From an uncultured Flavobacteriales bacterium (GTDB lineage Bacteria > Bacteroidota > Bacteroidia > Flavobacteriales_E > Vicingaceae), in the NCBI GenBank assembly GCA_964410855.1, contig CAYPJC010000001.1, positions 3,560 through 38,741 of the forward strand: DNA of 35,182 bases. Reading direction: 5' to 3'. The position numbers and the translations under genes were made by a program. Each line of letters opens with the position of its first letter. Position 1 is the first letter of the stretch. Shown piece by piece: positions 1 through 8,716 of the stretch. Under the pieces are notes generated by a model, which searched no databases, was not told the origin of the DNA, and was given only the letters and a program-made list of their open reading frames with translations.

Positions 1-522
1 ATAAAGATAAGTTAAACTATTTCCATTAACCACTCCAGGAACACTGTAGTCATAGCCTACACTGCTATATGGCTTTATTCCTACTCCTAAGCCCCATTTT
101 TCACTTAGTGGAAATGCTAGTGCCACGTGGCTCAGCTGTGCGTTATTGCCGTTTCTAACTTGACCATTACTCGTATATTCAACAGACCTTGATAAAATAC
201 CAGCTTCAAAAGTTGTTAGACTAATATTTGAAAAAGATGCTGGGTTTTTAGGATTTATATAATTGGTGCCCCTATCATTAATATTAGCACTGCTTCTTGA
301 TAAAGAATCATAAATTAATGGACGATATTGGTAAGGCCGCCATGCTATGCCTGTTCCTGCAGTTCCAAAGTTTCCATTGAAACTTTGATTGTTGATTAAG
401 CCAACTCCATATCTAGAGTATGGAGAATCTGTATATTTCTGTGAAAAAACAAAATTGCTTGAAACAAGCAACAAGAGAAAGAAGGCAAAAGGATTAACCT
501 TGGTTGTAAATAAGTATTTCAT
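1..522 (-). CDS. Secreted or outer-membrane (beta-barrel-like) protein, N-terminal 174 codons; the 3' end lies beyond the window start. Not in the supplied ORF track.
   Basis: Manual reverse-complement translation starts at ATG 522-520: MKYLFTTKVNPFAFFLLLLVSSNFVFS|QKYTDSPYSRYGVGLINNQSFNGNFGTAGTGIAWRPYQYRPL...VPGVVNGNSLTYLY. It is open to base 1 (522 nt = 174 codons). It has a signal peptide and a Gly/aromatic/Asn-rich composition typical of Bacteroidota outer-membrane barrels. The start overlaps the coaX 3' end by 29 nt. Confidence 0.55.
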   Translation of the reverse strand, partial: MKYLFTTKVNPFAFFLLLLVSSNFVFSQKYTDSPYSRYGVGLINNQSFNGNFGTAGTGIAWRPYQYRPLIYDSLSRSSANINDRGTNYINPKNPASFSNISLTTFEAGILSRSVEYTSNGQVRNGNNAQLSHVALAFPLSEKWGLGVGIKPYSSVGYDYSVPGVVNGNSLTYLY

Positions 523-1228
523 TTAAGCCTTTTAGCACTAAATTTTGGTCTGCAAAGATGCCCTTTTTTAACGCTTTTTCAAAGAAATTAGTATCTCCGC
601 CTGTTAAAACAATTTTTAGTTCAGGAAACTGCTTTTTGTAATCTAATATTATCCCATTAATTTCCGAGATAAGACCATTTACTGCTCCGGATAGCATCGA
701 AGAAATAGTAGTATTACCAATAGTCTTGGGTTTATCAACTGCTATCCAATTGATAAAAGGCAATTGATCCGTATATTGATTCATCGCTTTTAATCTCATT
801 TGTATTCCTGGTGAGATTGCACCACCTAAATAGACCTTTTGGGATGTTAATAAATCATAAGTCACACAAGTGCCTGCATCTATTACCAATATGTTATGAC
901 CCTTAAATAAGGGTTGGGCTCCGACAACAGCAGCAATACGATCTTTTCCTAAGGTATCTACGCTTTCATACTCCAAGCTAATGGGTATTGGGGTACTGGG
1001 GTTTAATTTAAGCAGTGGAAGTTTATATTGATTAAGCTGAAGGGAATCTTCGGCTTTTTTATTTACTGAAGAAATAATTACCCCTTTTAGGTCGTATTCG
1101 TTAAAAAGAGTGTTGTTTTTATCTAGTTCATGATTTGCAATTCCAGCTACATGAGAGAGTTCATTCCCTTTAAATAAAGCAAATTTAGTTCTACTGTTAC
1201 CAACATCGATGCAAAGGTTAAAGGCCAT
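494..1228 (-). CDS. coaX: Type III pantothenate kinase
   Basis: 244 aa. The N-terminus LCIDVGNSRTKFALF (ASKHA phosphate-1 motif), then VIDAGTCVTYD and VLTGGD, are characteristic of CoaX. Confidence 0.9.
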   Translation of the reverse strand: MAFNLCIDVGNSRTKFALFKGNELSHVAGIANHELDKNNTLFNEYDLKGVIISSVNKKAEDSLQLNQYKLPLLKLNPSTPIPISLEYESVDTLGKDRIAAVVGAQPLFKGHNILVIDAGTCVTYDLLTSQKVYLGGAISPGIQMRLKAMNQYTDQLPFINWIAVDKPKTIGNTTISSMLSGAVNGLISEINGIILDYKKQFPELKIVLTGGDTNFFEKALKKGIFADQNLVLKGLNEILIYNQG

Positions 1229-1297
1229 TATTCAAATCTAAGCAAAGGATTTAAAAATGTTTCTTTTAAAGATAGCTACTGAAAGAATTTTTATTTT

Positions 1298-1305
1298 TAC
1301 ATTTG
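1298..1305 (+). promoter_or_regulatory. Candidate Bacteroidota -7 promoter box (TAnnTTTG) for tRNA-Phe
   Basis: TACATTTG matches TAnnTTTG exactly and ends 15 nt before the tRNA 5' end at 1321. Confidence 0.4.
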
Positions 1306-1320
1306 CCGACCACAAAAAAA

Positions 1321-1393
1321 GGTGCCATAGCTCAGTCGGTAGAGCAAAGGACTGAAAATCCTTGTGTCGCTGGTTCGATTCCAGCTGGCACCA
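1321..1393 (+). tRNA. tRNA-Phe (anticodon GAA), 73 nt, CCA not encoded
   Basis: Hand-folded cloverleaf. Acceptor GGTGCCA/TGGCACC plus discriminator A. D stem GCTC/GAGC. Anticodon stem AAGGA/TCCTT with loop CTGAAAA, giving GAA. Variable loop GTGTC. T stem GCTGG/CCAGC with loop TTCGATT. Confidence 0.95.
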
Positions 1394-1422
1394 CTAGAGA
1401 AACCAATTTCTTAAAACAAATT

Positions 1423-1458
1423 AAAAGCGAGCAAAGTAAAAGCTCGCTTTTTGTTTTT
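1423..1458. terminator. Rho-independent terminator hairpin, potentially bidirectional
   Basis: A 10-bp stem pairs AAAAGCGAGC (1423-1432) with GCTCGCTTTT (1442-1451) around a 9-nt loop, followed by TGTTTTT. The A-run on the 5' side would give a U-tract for the convergent minus-strand glycan operon that ends at 1595. Confidence 0.7.
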
Positions 1459-1533
1459 GCAAGCGTTAAGCTGAAATGCGATAGCATTAAAATTGGTTTT
1501 TGACCTCGGTTGATAATGGAACTATGTACTCAT

Positions 1534-1551
1534 GATTACTGCTGGCACCAC
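1534..1551 (+). repeat. Direct near-copy of the tRNA-Phe 3' end (att-like scar)
   Basis: GATTACTGCTGGCACCAC (1534-1551) matches GATTCCAGCTGGCACCAC (1377-1394) at 16 of 18 positions. The core GCTGGCACCAC (11 nt) is exact at 1384-1394 and 1541-1551. Confidence 0.5.
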
Positions 1552-1594
1552 CTTTTTTTATACCTATACATTAAGTTGAACAATTTGCGCTAGT

Positions 1595-2860
1595 CTATCT
1601 TTTTGAATAGGCTACTTTTTGTTTTATCTTAAAGCTATCTTCGGAGTTGTAGAGTAATGTGGCAAATAAAATAAAAAATACAATTCCTCTTTGAACATTG
1701 AAAGTTGCTTCAACCATAGAAAAACAAAGAAATAGAATAGAAAAACTTAACATCATAAAACTCTTTTTTCCTATTGCTCGCTTAAAGAGAAACAAAAACA
1801 GTAATATTAAAAGAATTACTCCAGATAATCCGACAGCTATGATTGTCTCTAAAAATAGATTGTGACTGTTGTAATTGTTATACTTCCAAGCCAATTCAAA
1901 TTCCTTTTCCTTGTATGCAGCTTGAAGGTTTTGATGAACGTCCCCTGCGCCTACCCCAATCAGCCAATTTTCTTTTACTACAAGCATTGAACAATCCCAA
2001 ATTGCCGCCCTTATTGCTCTCCCGCCATAATTTTTAGGAGACTCTCCTTCTGCTGAATTTCCATATTGGACTGTCTCATTATTCACCACCTCAGCAAAGC
2101 GGTTGCTTATGGATGGGATTTGCATAAGGCCTAAGCTTATTAGGCTACTAAAAACAAAAAGTAGAAAAAGTTTTTTCCAGCTAAACTGAAAAGAAATAAA
2201 CCAAACTAAAAAGGAGATTAAAACACTTATAATTACCATACGAGCTGCAAGTAGAAGTAGCAGAACCAAAAAGAGGCTACCTGCAATAACATATATAACT
2301 TGCCTGTTCTTATTGAGTAGATTATCAGCAAAGAAGAAGAGGCATATTGCAACATACAAGCTTAAATAGGAAGCGTGCATATTAACTAAAACTGCTAATT
2401 CTTGGTTTGTCAATAGGGTGCCATGATTTAGAATGCTTAAAGCTACAGCAGTTAAACAAAATGCTCCTGTGAAAGAAGCAATAAGTATCATAATTCTTTT
2501 AAATTCAGTTTTAGTAAATTTTTCTTTTAGTAAAAATGGCAATGGAATTAGTAGCAAACTTAATTTGCTTTCTATGTCTTTAAACCCTTCATGGAGGTTA
2601 GAACTATAAATTAAACTTATTGCGAAGACAAAAAAGAATGCAAAAAAAATAGTTAGGAGTCTTTTATTTTTATTTAACCCCTTTTTCTTTTCATTTTTAG
2701 CTGTAAACATAAGCCAAAAAAGGAAGATTAATCCAATGGATAAACTGCTTAACTTAATTGAAAACAGTGGAGCAACAGCAGTAAAACTAACAAGAAGATA
2801 AAAATTCCGTTTAACAAATATTTCTGTCTTAGAAAGCATTTTCTTCACTTTTAACGACAT
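1595..2860 (-). CDS. O-antigen ligase / Wzy_C-family polytopic membrane protein
   Basis: 421 aa with at least 10 predicted TM segments. A large loop (RAIRAAIWDC...GVGAGD...YNSHNLFLETIIAVGLSG) resembles the Wzy_C (WaaL/O-antigen polymerase) signature. It is the last gene of the glycan operon and overlaps the upstream gene by 32 nt. Confidence 0.65.
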   Translation of the reverse strand: MSLKVKKMLSKTEIFVKRNFYLLVSFTAVAPLFSIKLSSLSIGLIFLFWLMFTAKNEKKKGLNKNKRLLTIFFAFFFVFAISLIYSSNLHEGFKDIESKLSLLLIPLPFLLKEKFTKTEFKRIMILIASFTGAFCLTAVALSILNHGTLLTNQELAVLVNMHASYLSLYVAICLFFFADNLLNKNRQVIYVIAGSLFLVLLLLLAARMVIISVLISFLVWFISFQFSWKKLFLLFVFSSLISLGLMQIPSISNRFAEVVNNETVQYGNSAEGESPKNYGGRAIRAAIWDCSMLVVKENWLIGVGAGDVHQNLQAAYKEKEFELAWKYNNYNSHNLFLETIIAVGLSGVILLILLFLFLFKRAIGKKSFMMLSFSILFLCFSMVEATFNVQRGIVFFILFATLLYNSEDSFKIKQKVAYSKR

Positions 2861-4208
2861 TGTATATTGTCAACAAAATTATTTTTAAGTCTAAGAAGAA
2901 GCTCCAATGTTCAATGTAGAAAACATCTAAATTTACTCGTGCTTTCATCGCAAAGGAGTCTTTTGTTTCTCCTCTATATCCCATAATTTGAGATAAACCT
3001 GTAATTCCTGGTTTTGCAAAATGCCTAGACATGTATTTATTGACATTTTCTTTATACTCATCATCTAACTGCAATGGATGCGGCCTTGGGCCTACAACAG
3101 ACATGTTGCCGAGTAATACATTAAAGAATTGAGGCATCTCATCAATACTCGTTTTACGAATAAATTTCCCAATCTTAGTTACCCTCATGTCCCCCTTAGT
3201 GGCTTGTTTAAATTCACTTGAATTTCCACTGTATTTCATACTTCTAAATTTGAAGCACTTGAAAATTTGATTGTTTTTTCCGGACCTTTTTTGAGCAAAA
3301 AAGACTGGTCCTTTAGAATCAATTTTTATTAAAATGGCAACAATTGGAAAAAGCCATGAAAAAACAAAAACAATAACAAACAAGGAGAAGAGTATATCAA
3401 AGATTCTTTTAATTAGTTGACTAGATTCTTTATCCAAAGGGAATTCTTTGATATTTAATACTGGTGTATTTCCATAAAAATCAACCGTCGATTTTGCATA
3501 AGAATAAGATTTAATGTCTGGAACAATTTTTAACCGGATTGTATTATTTTCAGCAAAAATGCTAAGCTGACTTATCCGTTCATCGCTAACACGAGGTACA
3601 AGGCAGTAGATTTCATCAATGGGAATTCTTGTAGCATATTTTTCTAAATCGTCAATTTTTCCTAGAACATCTTCTTCTGAGTTCTCATCGTCGAAATAAC
3701 CTAAAAACTGATTTCCGAATTGAGGATTTTTTGTAAAAAAGTAACCGAGTTCCATAGAAGCCTCACTCTTTCCAGCTATTACAATCTTTTTTGTATATAA
3801 ACCAAGTCGTCTTAAGTATAATTGATAATACAAATGGCTTATTCTCCATATTAACAACCCAGCTGCAATAATTCCATAGGATGATAGTAATATTTGGCGT
3901 GAGTAGTAAAAGCCTTTAATTAAAACCCAAAAGGCTGCCACAAGCAGTATATGGAGTAATATGGATTGAACTAATGTTCGCAATATTTTTTCAACAGAGC
4001 TTATCCTAAATTCTTTATACGCACCAAACAAATAGGTGCAAAATAGCCAAGCAATATTGTAAAAGAAAAGCATATTGAGGTAATAGACATCCTCATAAAA
4101 AACTTTATCAGGATACCTCCAAAAAAAAGCTAAAATCAAGCCCAGATTTATGATTAGTAAATCAATTACGGGAAGAAGAAAGCTTGATGTTCTTTTATTT
4201 CTCTGCAA
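2829..4208 (-). CDS. Polyprenyl-phosphate hexose-1-phosphate transferase (WbaP/CpsE-type initiating sugar transferase)
   Basis: 459 aa with N-terminal TM bundle. The C-terminal bacterial sugar transferase domain carries KFRSM...DEMPQFFNVLLGNMSVVGPRPHP...KPGITGLSQI. Confidence 0.85.
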   Translation of the reverse strand: MQRNKRTSSFLLPVIDLLIINLGLILAFFWRYPDKVFYEDVYYLNMLFFYNIAWLFCTYLFGAYKEFRISSVEKILRTLVQSILLHILLVAAFWVLIKGFYYSRQILLSSYGIIAAGLLIWRISHLYYQLYLRRLGLYTKKIVIAGKSEASMELGYFFTKNPQFGNQFLGYFDDENSEEDVLGKIDDLEKYATRIPIDEIYCLVPRVSDERISQLSIFAENNTIRLKIVPDIKSYSYAKSTVDFYGNTPVLNIKEFPLDKESSQLIKRIFDILFSLFVIVFVFSWLFPIVAILIKIDSKGPVFFAQKRSGKNNQIFKCFKFRSMKYSGNSSEFKQATKGDMRVTKIGKFIRKTSIDEMPQFFNVLLGNMSVVGPRPHPLQLDDEYKENVNKYMSRHFAKPGITGLSQIMGYRGETKDSFAMKARVNLDVFYIEHWSFFLDLKIILLTIYNVVKSEENAF

Positions 4209-4211
4209 ATT

Positions 4212-4955
4212 TTATGCTTTAAAGAGTATTTGTTTGCTAAGTAAAAGTATAAATTTTGAGTTTGTATAAAAATATCTTTTAAATAATCTTTTTGGATCTT
4301 GTAATAATCTGTACAACCATTCTAAACTTAGGTTTCTAATCCATAAAGGGGCTCTTTTTTGCATATTAACATAAACGGGAAAAGCTCCGCCAACACCTAA
4401 TAGTGGAGCATTAATGAGCTTTGTGTTTTCAGCCATCCACTTTTCTTGCTTAGGACATCCCAAAGCCACAAATACCAAGTCAGCACCAGATTTATTTATG
4501 ATTTCAAGGTGTTCTTGTTTCTCTTCTTTACTTAATGTTTTAAATGGGGGCGAAAAAGTTCCTGCTATTTTGATTTTTGGGAATTCATCTTTTGCCTTGG
4601 TGGCTATTTTTTGAAGTACTTCTTCAGTAGTTCCAAAGAAGAATACTTTTAGATTATTGGTTGATGCTGCTTGAATTAATTGAGGCATCATATCCATTCC
4701 TGCTACTCGTTCAATATTATTGCCTGCAAGCCATTTGGCAGCTTTCACTAGTGGCATACCATCGGCGCAAACCAAATTAGCGTCATTTACATTTTCTTGA
4801 AAAGAGCTATCGTCATATGCTTCAATGGCCATGTGAACATTTGCAAAGCAGAAATAAGAAGAAGTTTTTGACTTGGCTTTTTCAATAATCAATTTTAGTG
4901 ACTCTTGAAAACTGATTGTTGAAATATTTAAGCCAACAATTTTAACTGAATTCAT
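4212..4955 (-). CDS. WecB/TagA/CpsF-family glycosyltransferase (GT26)
   Basis: 247 aa. ADGMPLV, FFFG, ALGCPKQEKWM and the C-terminal EWLYRLLQDPKRL are the conserved GT26 blocks. Confidence 0.85.
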   Translation of the reverse strand: MNSVKIVGLNISTISFQESLKLIIEKAKSKTSSYFCFANVHMAIEAYDDSSFQENVNDANLVCADGMPLVKAAKWLAGNNIERVAGMDMMPQLIQAASTNNLKVFFFGTTEEVLQKIATKAKDEFPKIKIAGTFSPPFKTLSKEEKQEHLEIINKSGADLVFVALGCPKQEKWMAENTKLINAPLLGVGGAFPVYVNMQKRAPLWIRNLSLEWLYRLLQDPKRLFKRYFYTNSKFILLLSKQILFKA

Positions 4956-5872
4956 TTAAAGAGTAGCTTTTTCTTCATTTTTTGCAAATACAGCATAACA
5001 TTTATTTGCTCATAATGAACTATCATAGATGGGTTTATGTAAATTTGATTGTGACCATTTTTTATCATTTCTTCATGGAATGTCTGATGCTCACATTTGC
5101 AGCTTACTATATCATCATCGTTGGACTCTACTTTATAGGATAACTTTTTAATGGAATCCCATTTATAAATAGCAAGTCCATTAAAGCCGGAATTAACTCT
5201 TAAAAAAGGCCCTTTCTTTTTAAGTTTGGCCAATTTCTTTTGATTAATAATTATCTCTTCGTAAGTTGTAGGGGAATAATCGTCATACTCTTTAAAGGCG
5301 TATGTATCGTAAAAGATTGGCCATATTGGACTTTGCATAGTTATTTTTCTACCATTCGCGCTTATGCAGTGCCAATCCGACTTAAAACCAAATGAATTTA
5401 GTACGCCGTCTAAATCAAATCTATAAATATCCAAATCGATCATTATTACAAAATCAGGATTTAATTTTTCTTTAATAATATCTAAATACATGTTCCTGTA
5501 CTTAGCCATTTTTTCGATCCTATTTTTTGAAAAAAATCTTCCTTTTGGATGCAGATTGTTGCTGTCTGGGATAGTTTGAGTTCCATAATCTTCTGAGGAA
5601 ATAATTATGTTGTCTGTTTTACTCTCCCAGTCTTTTAAGATGGACTTTGTTTTATCTGTGCTATCATTTTCTATAATAATGACATGAGACTCCTTAAAGT
5701 AAGTCCGTAACTTTTCGGTTATTGGAATATTTCTAAGGAGAGAGTCTTCGCAATTCCTTACTAAACCACAAATCACAACAGAAGATGAGCCCATTAGCTT
5801 TTGGCCTGACTCAACTCTTTCATTAAAAAGGCGATTTTTGTTATCCATTGATACGAGTTCTTTGATCTTCAA
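4952..5872 (-). CDS. Putative GT-A-fold glycosyltransferase, family uncertain
   Basis: 306 aa with no TM segment. VVICGLVRNCE...VIIIENDSTDKTK is a Rossmann-like nucleotide-sugar binding start; MIDLDIYRFD is DxD-like; FYDTYAF follows. It sits inside the glycan operon with ATGA start/stop overlap to the downstream gene. Confidence 0.4.
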   Translation of the reverse strand: MKIKELVSMDNKNRLFNERVESGQKLMGSSSVVICGLVRNCEDSLLRNIPITEKLRTYFKESHVIIIENDSTDKTKSILKDWESKTDNIIISSEDYGTQTIPDSNNLHPKGRFFSKNRIEKMAKYRNMYLDIIKEKLNPDFVIMIDLDIYRFDLDGVLNSFGFKSDWHCISANGRKITMQSPIWPIFYDTYAFKEYDDYSPTTYEEIIINQKKLAKLKKKGPFLRVNSGFNGLAIYKWDSIKKLSYKVESNDDDIVSCKCEHQTFHEEMIKNGHNQIYINPSMIVHYEQINVMLYLQKMKKKLLFK

Positions 5873-7025
5873 TATTTGCAGCTACAAAACCTAAAAGACC
5901 CCAAAATAAAGATGCTCCTGTAGGGCTTTCAAGCACCAAGTTAAATAAACCAATAGCAAAGACGGTAAAGAAACTATAATAAATTAAAAGATATTGGCTG
6001 TCCATTTGTCTTTTCCTAAAGAAATAATAAAATTTAAAAACTTGATTTAAAATTAAACCCAAAAAAAGTAAAAATAACGCACCCAATCTAGTAGTTAGTG
6101 TTAAATAAGTGTTATGACCGCCAGAAACATGTGCATCATGCATGTCATCATTTGCCACGGGAATAGTATCCATTCCTTTTATATACTCCAGTAGAGGAGT
6201 TCCAATCCCAATGCCTGCAAGGTTTTCAGGAAATCGTTCAACTATTAATCGATACCAATAAACAGCCCTCCAAGTTGAATTTCCATCCAATTTTAAAATT
6301 TTGCTTTCAGAAGCAACTGCTACAATGTTTCCGGTCAATGAGTAAGGTGGATTTGCATACTTTTCAAATTGTGGTTTAAGGTAAAAAAAGCAAAGCACAA
6401 CACCAATAAAAGAGATTGTTAATGACAATTTAAAAAATTTAAAAGAAGGAATTGCATAGACAATTAATACAATTAAAGTTACCATAATGACGGTTAGCGA
6501 TTCATAACGGTTGGCTAAAACGAAACTGAGTATTACGATGACTGAAATTGTTTTTAAATTGTGTTTTTTAAATAGAAAAGGAAAAAATACTGCACCCATA
6601 AATCTTTCCATAACTGCGAGAGATGGAAATAATAAAGCATATATAACGTAAACCCAAAGAAATGGCCGTATGGTTTTGATAAACGAAAGCAGGTATGGGT
6701 ATAGATAAAAACCTAGAAAGAAGGTAAAAATGGAATAAACTATCACTGAATTTCGAAAGTAGAAATACCAGTTTGTTTTTATAAACACAGAAACTAATAA
6801 GTGTACAACTCCTAAAGCTATTATTGCCAGAGTATACCTATATATTCTAGATTTTGGGATTATTAATTTTTTTGATTTACAAGTATGTAGAAGAAGTAAA
6901 CAAATTCCAACTATGGAAAGAATTTCATTAAAATAGAATGACCGCTCAAAGATGAAATTATCGAGTCCGTAAAGAAAAAACAGAAGTAATAAGAAATAAT
7001 AAATCCCTTGTTTTTTAATCTTCAA
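5841..7025 (-). CDS. O-antigen polymerase-like (Wzy/Wzy_C-family) polytopic membrane protein
   Basis: 394 aa with many TM helices. The loop NDDMHDAHVSGGHNTYLTLTTRLGALFLL resembles the Wzy_C motif. The only in-frame start near the 5' end is TTG at 7025-7023. This is the second such protein in the locus. Confidence 0.55.
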   Translation of the reverse strand: MKIKKQGIYYFLLLLFFLYGLDNFIFERSFYFNEILSIVGICLLLLHTCKSKKLIIPKSRIYRYTLAIIALGVVHLLVSVFIKTNWYFYFRNSVIVYSIFTFFLGFYLYPYLLSFIKTIRPFLWVYVIYALLFPSLAVMERFMGAVFFPFLFKKHNLKTISVIVILSFVLANRYESLTVIMVTLIVLIVYAIPSFKFFKLSLTISFIGVVLCFFYLKPQFEKYANPPYSLTGNIVAVASESKILKLDGNSTWRAVYWYRLIVERFPENLAGIGIGTPLLEYIKGMDTIPVANDDMHDAHVSGGHNTYLTLTTRLGALFLLFLGLILNQVFKFYYFFRKRQMDSQYLLIYYSFFTVFAIGLFNLVLESPTGASLFWGLLGFVAANIEDQRTRING

Positions 7026-8055
7026 ACTTTTTGGATGGATTAATTAGTATTGATAATAACATGGGTATTCGGTTTGCTTGTCCCCTCCTAATTCTGTTAA
7101 TGGCTATAATAAAAAAACTCAAATAAACGGTTAACAAACAAATTGGATTATAAAACTTCTTGGTGAGAATTATTTTATTTCTAGCGTAGTAAAAGTCTGA
7201 AAGTTTGCTGATTCCTTTCAAGTTTAACTGGGTTCCTCCAATACTTCTTCCTTCTTTATGATAAATTATAGCTTCAGGAGCATAACTAAGTGTAAGGTTT
7301 CTCTTTTTTGCTCGTTCAGCCCAATCTTGTTCTTCGTAATAAAGAAAGTAGTCTTCTGATAGCAAACCTACTTTATGGATGAATTCTGAATCAACAAACA
7401 TACAAGCTCCAATAATTAGATCAAGCTTTAGAGGCTGATTATCATATTGACCTTCATCTATTTCTTGGTTTCCAATTTGTTTGCTATAGGCTAGCCATTT
7501 ATTAAATGTTCCACCCGCAGCGCACTGAAGCATTTTTGGGTTGTCATAGTATCTGATTTTTCCTCCAAGAATTCCTATTTTATCTTTCTTTTTTAGGGTA
7601 TAGTTCTTTACTAACTCATTTAAAGAATTTGTATCAACGAATGTATCATTATTGAGAATCCAAAAATAGTCTGCATTCTTTTTGTCCAAGGCATATTGAA
7701 TTCCTAAATTATTTCCAGCACTAAATCCACGATTTGATTTTGCTTTTATTAAAGTTAAGTCTGGCTTTGAAACGGTTTGATTTAATCCGTCATCACTTTC
7801 GTGTATATGGTTTATAGATAGAGGCTTTGAACGTTTTGGTTTTGTAATAAATTTAGAATAATCACCTTCGATTTCAGTTGTAATTTTTCCTGAACACCAA
7901 TCTAATAGTTTCTCAACAGATTTATTTGTTGAGCAATTATCTATGAGTACAATTTCGTAATTTGTATAATCTAATTGATAGATAGATTCAATACATTCGA
8001 TGGTGTCCTTCCAGCCATTATAATTTACAAGGATTATGTAAACCTTAGCTTGCAT
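7015..8055 (-). CDS. Family 2 glycosyltransferase (rhamnosyltransferase-like)
   Basis: 346 aa. YIILVNYNGWKDTIECIESI...VLIDNCSTNKS...NRGFSAGNNLG...ILNNDTFVD...EEQDW are classic GT2 blocks. Confidence 0.85.
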   Translation of the reverse strand: MQAKVYIILVNYNGWKDTIECIESIYQLDYTNYEIVLIDNCSTNKSVEKLLDWCSGKITTEIEGDYSKFITKPKRSKPLSINHIHESDDGLNQTVSKPDLTLIKAKSNRGFSAGNNLGIQYALDKKNADYFWILNNDTFVDTNSLNELVKNYTLKKKDKIGILGGKIRYYDNPKMLQCAAGGTFNKWLAYSKQIGNQEIDEGQYDNQPLKLDLIIGACMFVDSEFIHKVGLLSEDYFLYYEEQDWAERAKKRNLTLSYAPEAIIYHKEGRSIGGTQLNLKGISKLSDFYYARNKIILTKKFYNPICLLTVYLSFFIIAINRIRRGQANRIPMLLSILINPSKKFED

Positions 8056-8716
8056 CCTTTAATTTCAGTTCGAACACATATTGGATAGCAAGAAGTTGTT
8101 CAAACAAACCAAGTGTCAGTTGATTGATTGTCCTTCGACATTTTCGATCGGATCTTATTTTAAAAGCTGGGTTTGAAGATTGAATAGAAAGATTTGAATT
8201 ATTGAAAAGCTCCAACATATTTTTTTTGCAAAAAAATCTCAGGTGAGTCTTATCTAATACACCATCATTACCATATTTAAAATCTCCAAGCCAAAATATT
8301 TTAAGTAAACTGTTAATCTCCCTTATGTTTGGCAGACTAATTAGTATGGTGCCATTCTTTTTTAAAAATTTTCTGATATAAGTCAGTGTTTTCCACGGAT
8401 CTACAAGATGCTCTAGAATATCTCCTAGAATGATAACATCAAAATAATTTTGAGAAAGAGATAAATTAAATTCTTCAATGTTAGAGAATATGAATTGATC
8501 GATTAATGGGTTGTTTTGATTCGTACCCTGCAATTCAAATAACTCAACCCCTACAACTTCTTTGGCAAGATTATTTTCTTTTATAAAACAAAGTGAATTA
8601 CCTCCTCCAGCACCAATCTCTAGGATATTTTGATTTGGATTCTTCGGTAAAAAACTAATAATATCCAGCCTAGTTCCTGAATAATAGGAAGATTCCTTGA
8701 GATTATAATAGTTCAT
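8045..8716 (-). CDS. Class I SAM-dependent methyltransferase
   Basis: 223 aa. ILEIGAGGGNS is motif I (GxGxG). VIILGDILEHLVDP and GTILISLPN are post-I/II motifs. Confidence 0.8.
   Translation of the reverse strand: MNYYNLKESSYYSGTRLDIISFLPKNPNQNILEIGAGGGNSLCFIKENNLAKEVVGVELFELQGTNQNNPLIDQFIFSNIEEFNLSLSQNYFDVIILGDILEHLVDPWKTLTYIRKFLKKNGTILISLPNIREINSLLKIFWLGDFKYGNDGVLDKTHLRFFCKKNMLELFNNSNLSIQSSNPAFKIRSDRKCRRTINQLTLGLFEQLLAIQYVFELKLKDAS

Noticed and set aside
1233-1240. CAAATCTA (TAGATTTG on the minus strand), a TAnnTTTG match upstream of coaX
   Set aside because: It ends only 4 nt before the coaX ATG, which is too close to serve as its -7 box unless the mRNA is leaderless with a different start. 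It is likely a chance match in AT-rich sequence.
1303-1503. 66-aa ORF in the track (MPTTKKGAIAQSVEQ...)
   Set aside because: It is a translation straight through tRNA-Phe (1321-1393) and its terminator, begins at TTG, and has no coding support.
1394-1594. Integrated prophage or genomic island at tRNA-Phe
   Set aside because: Only the short att-like repeat is present. No integrase, excisionase or phage genes occur anywhere in the window, so it is reported only as a scar.
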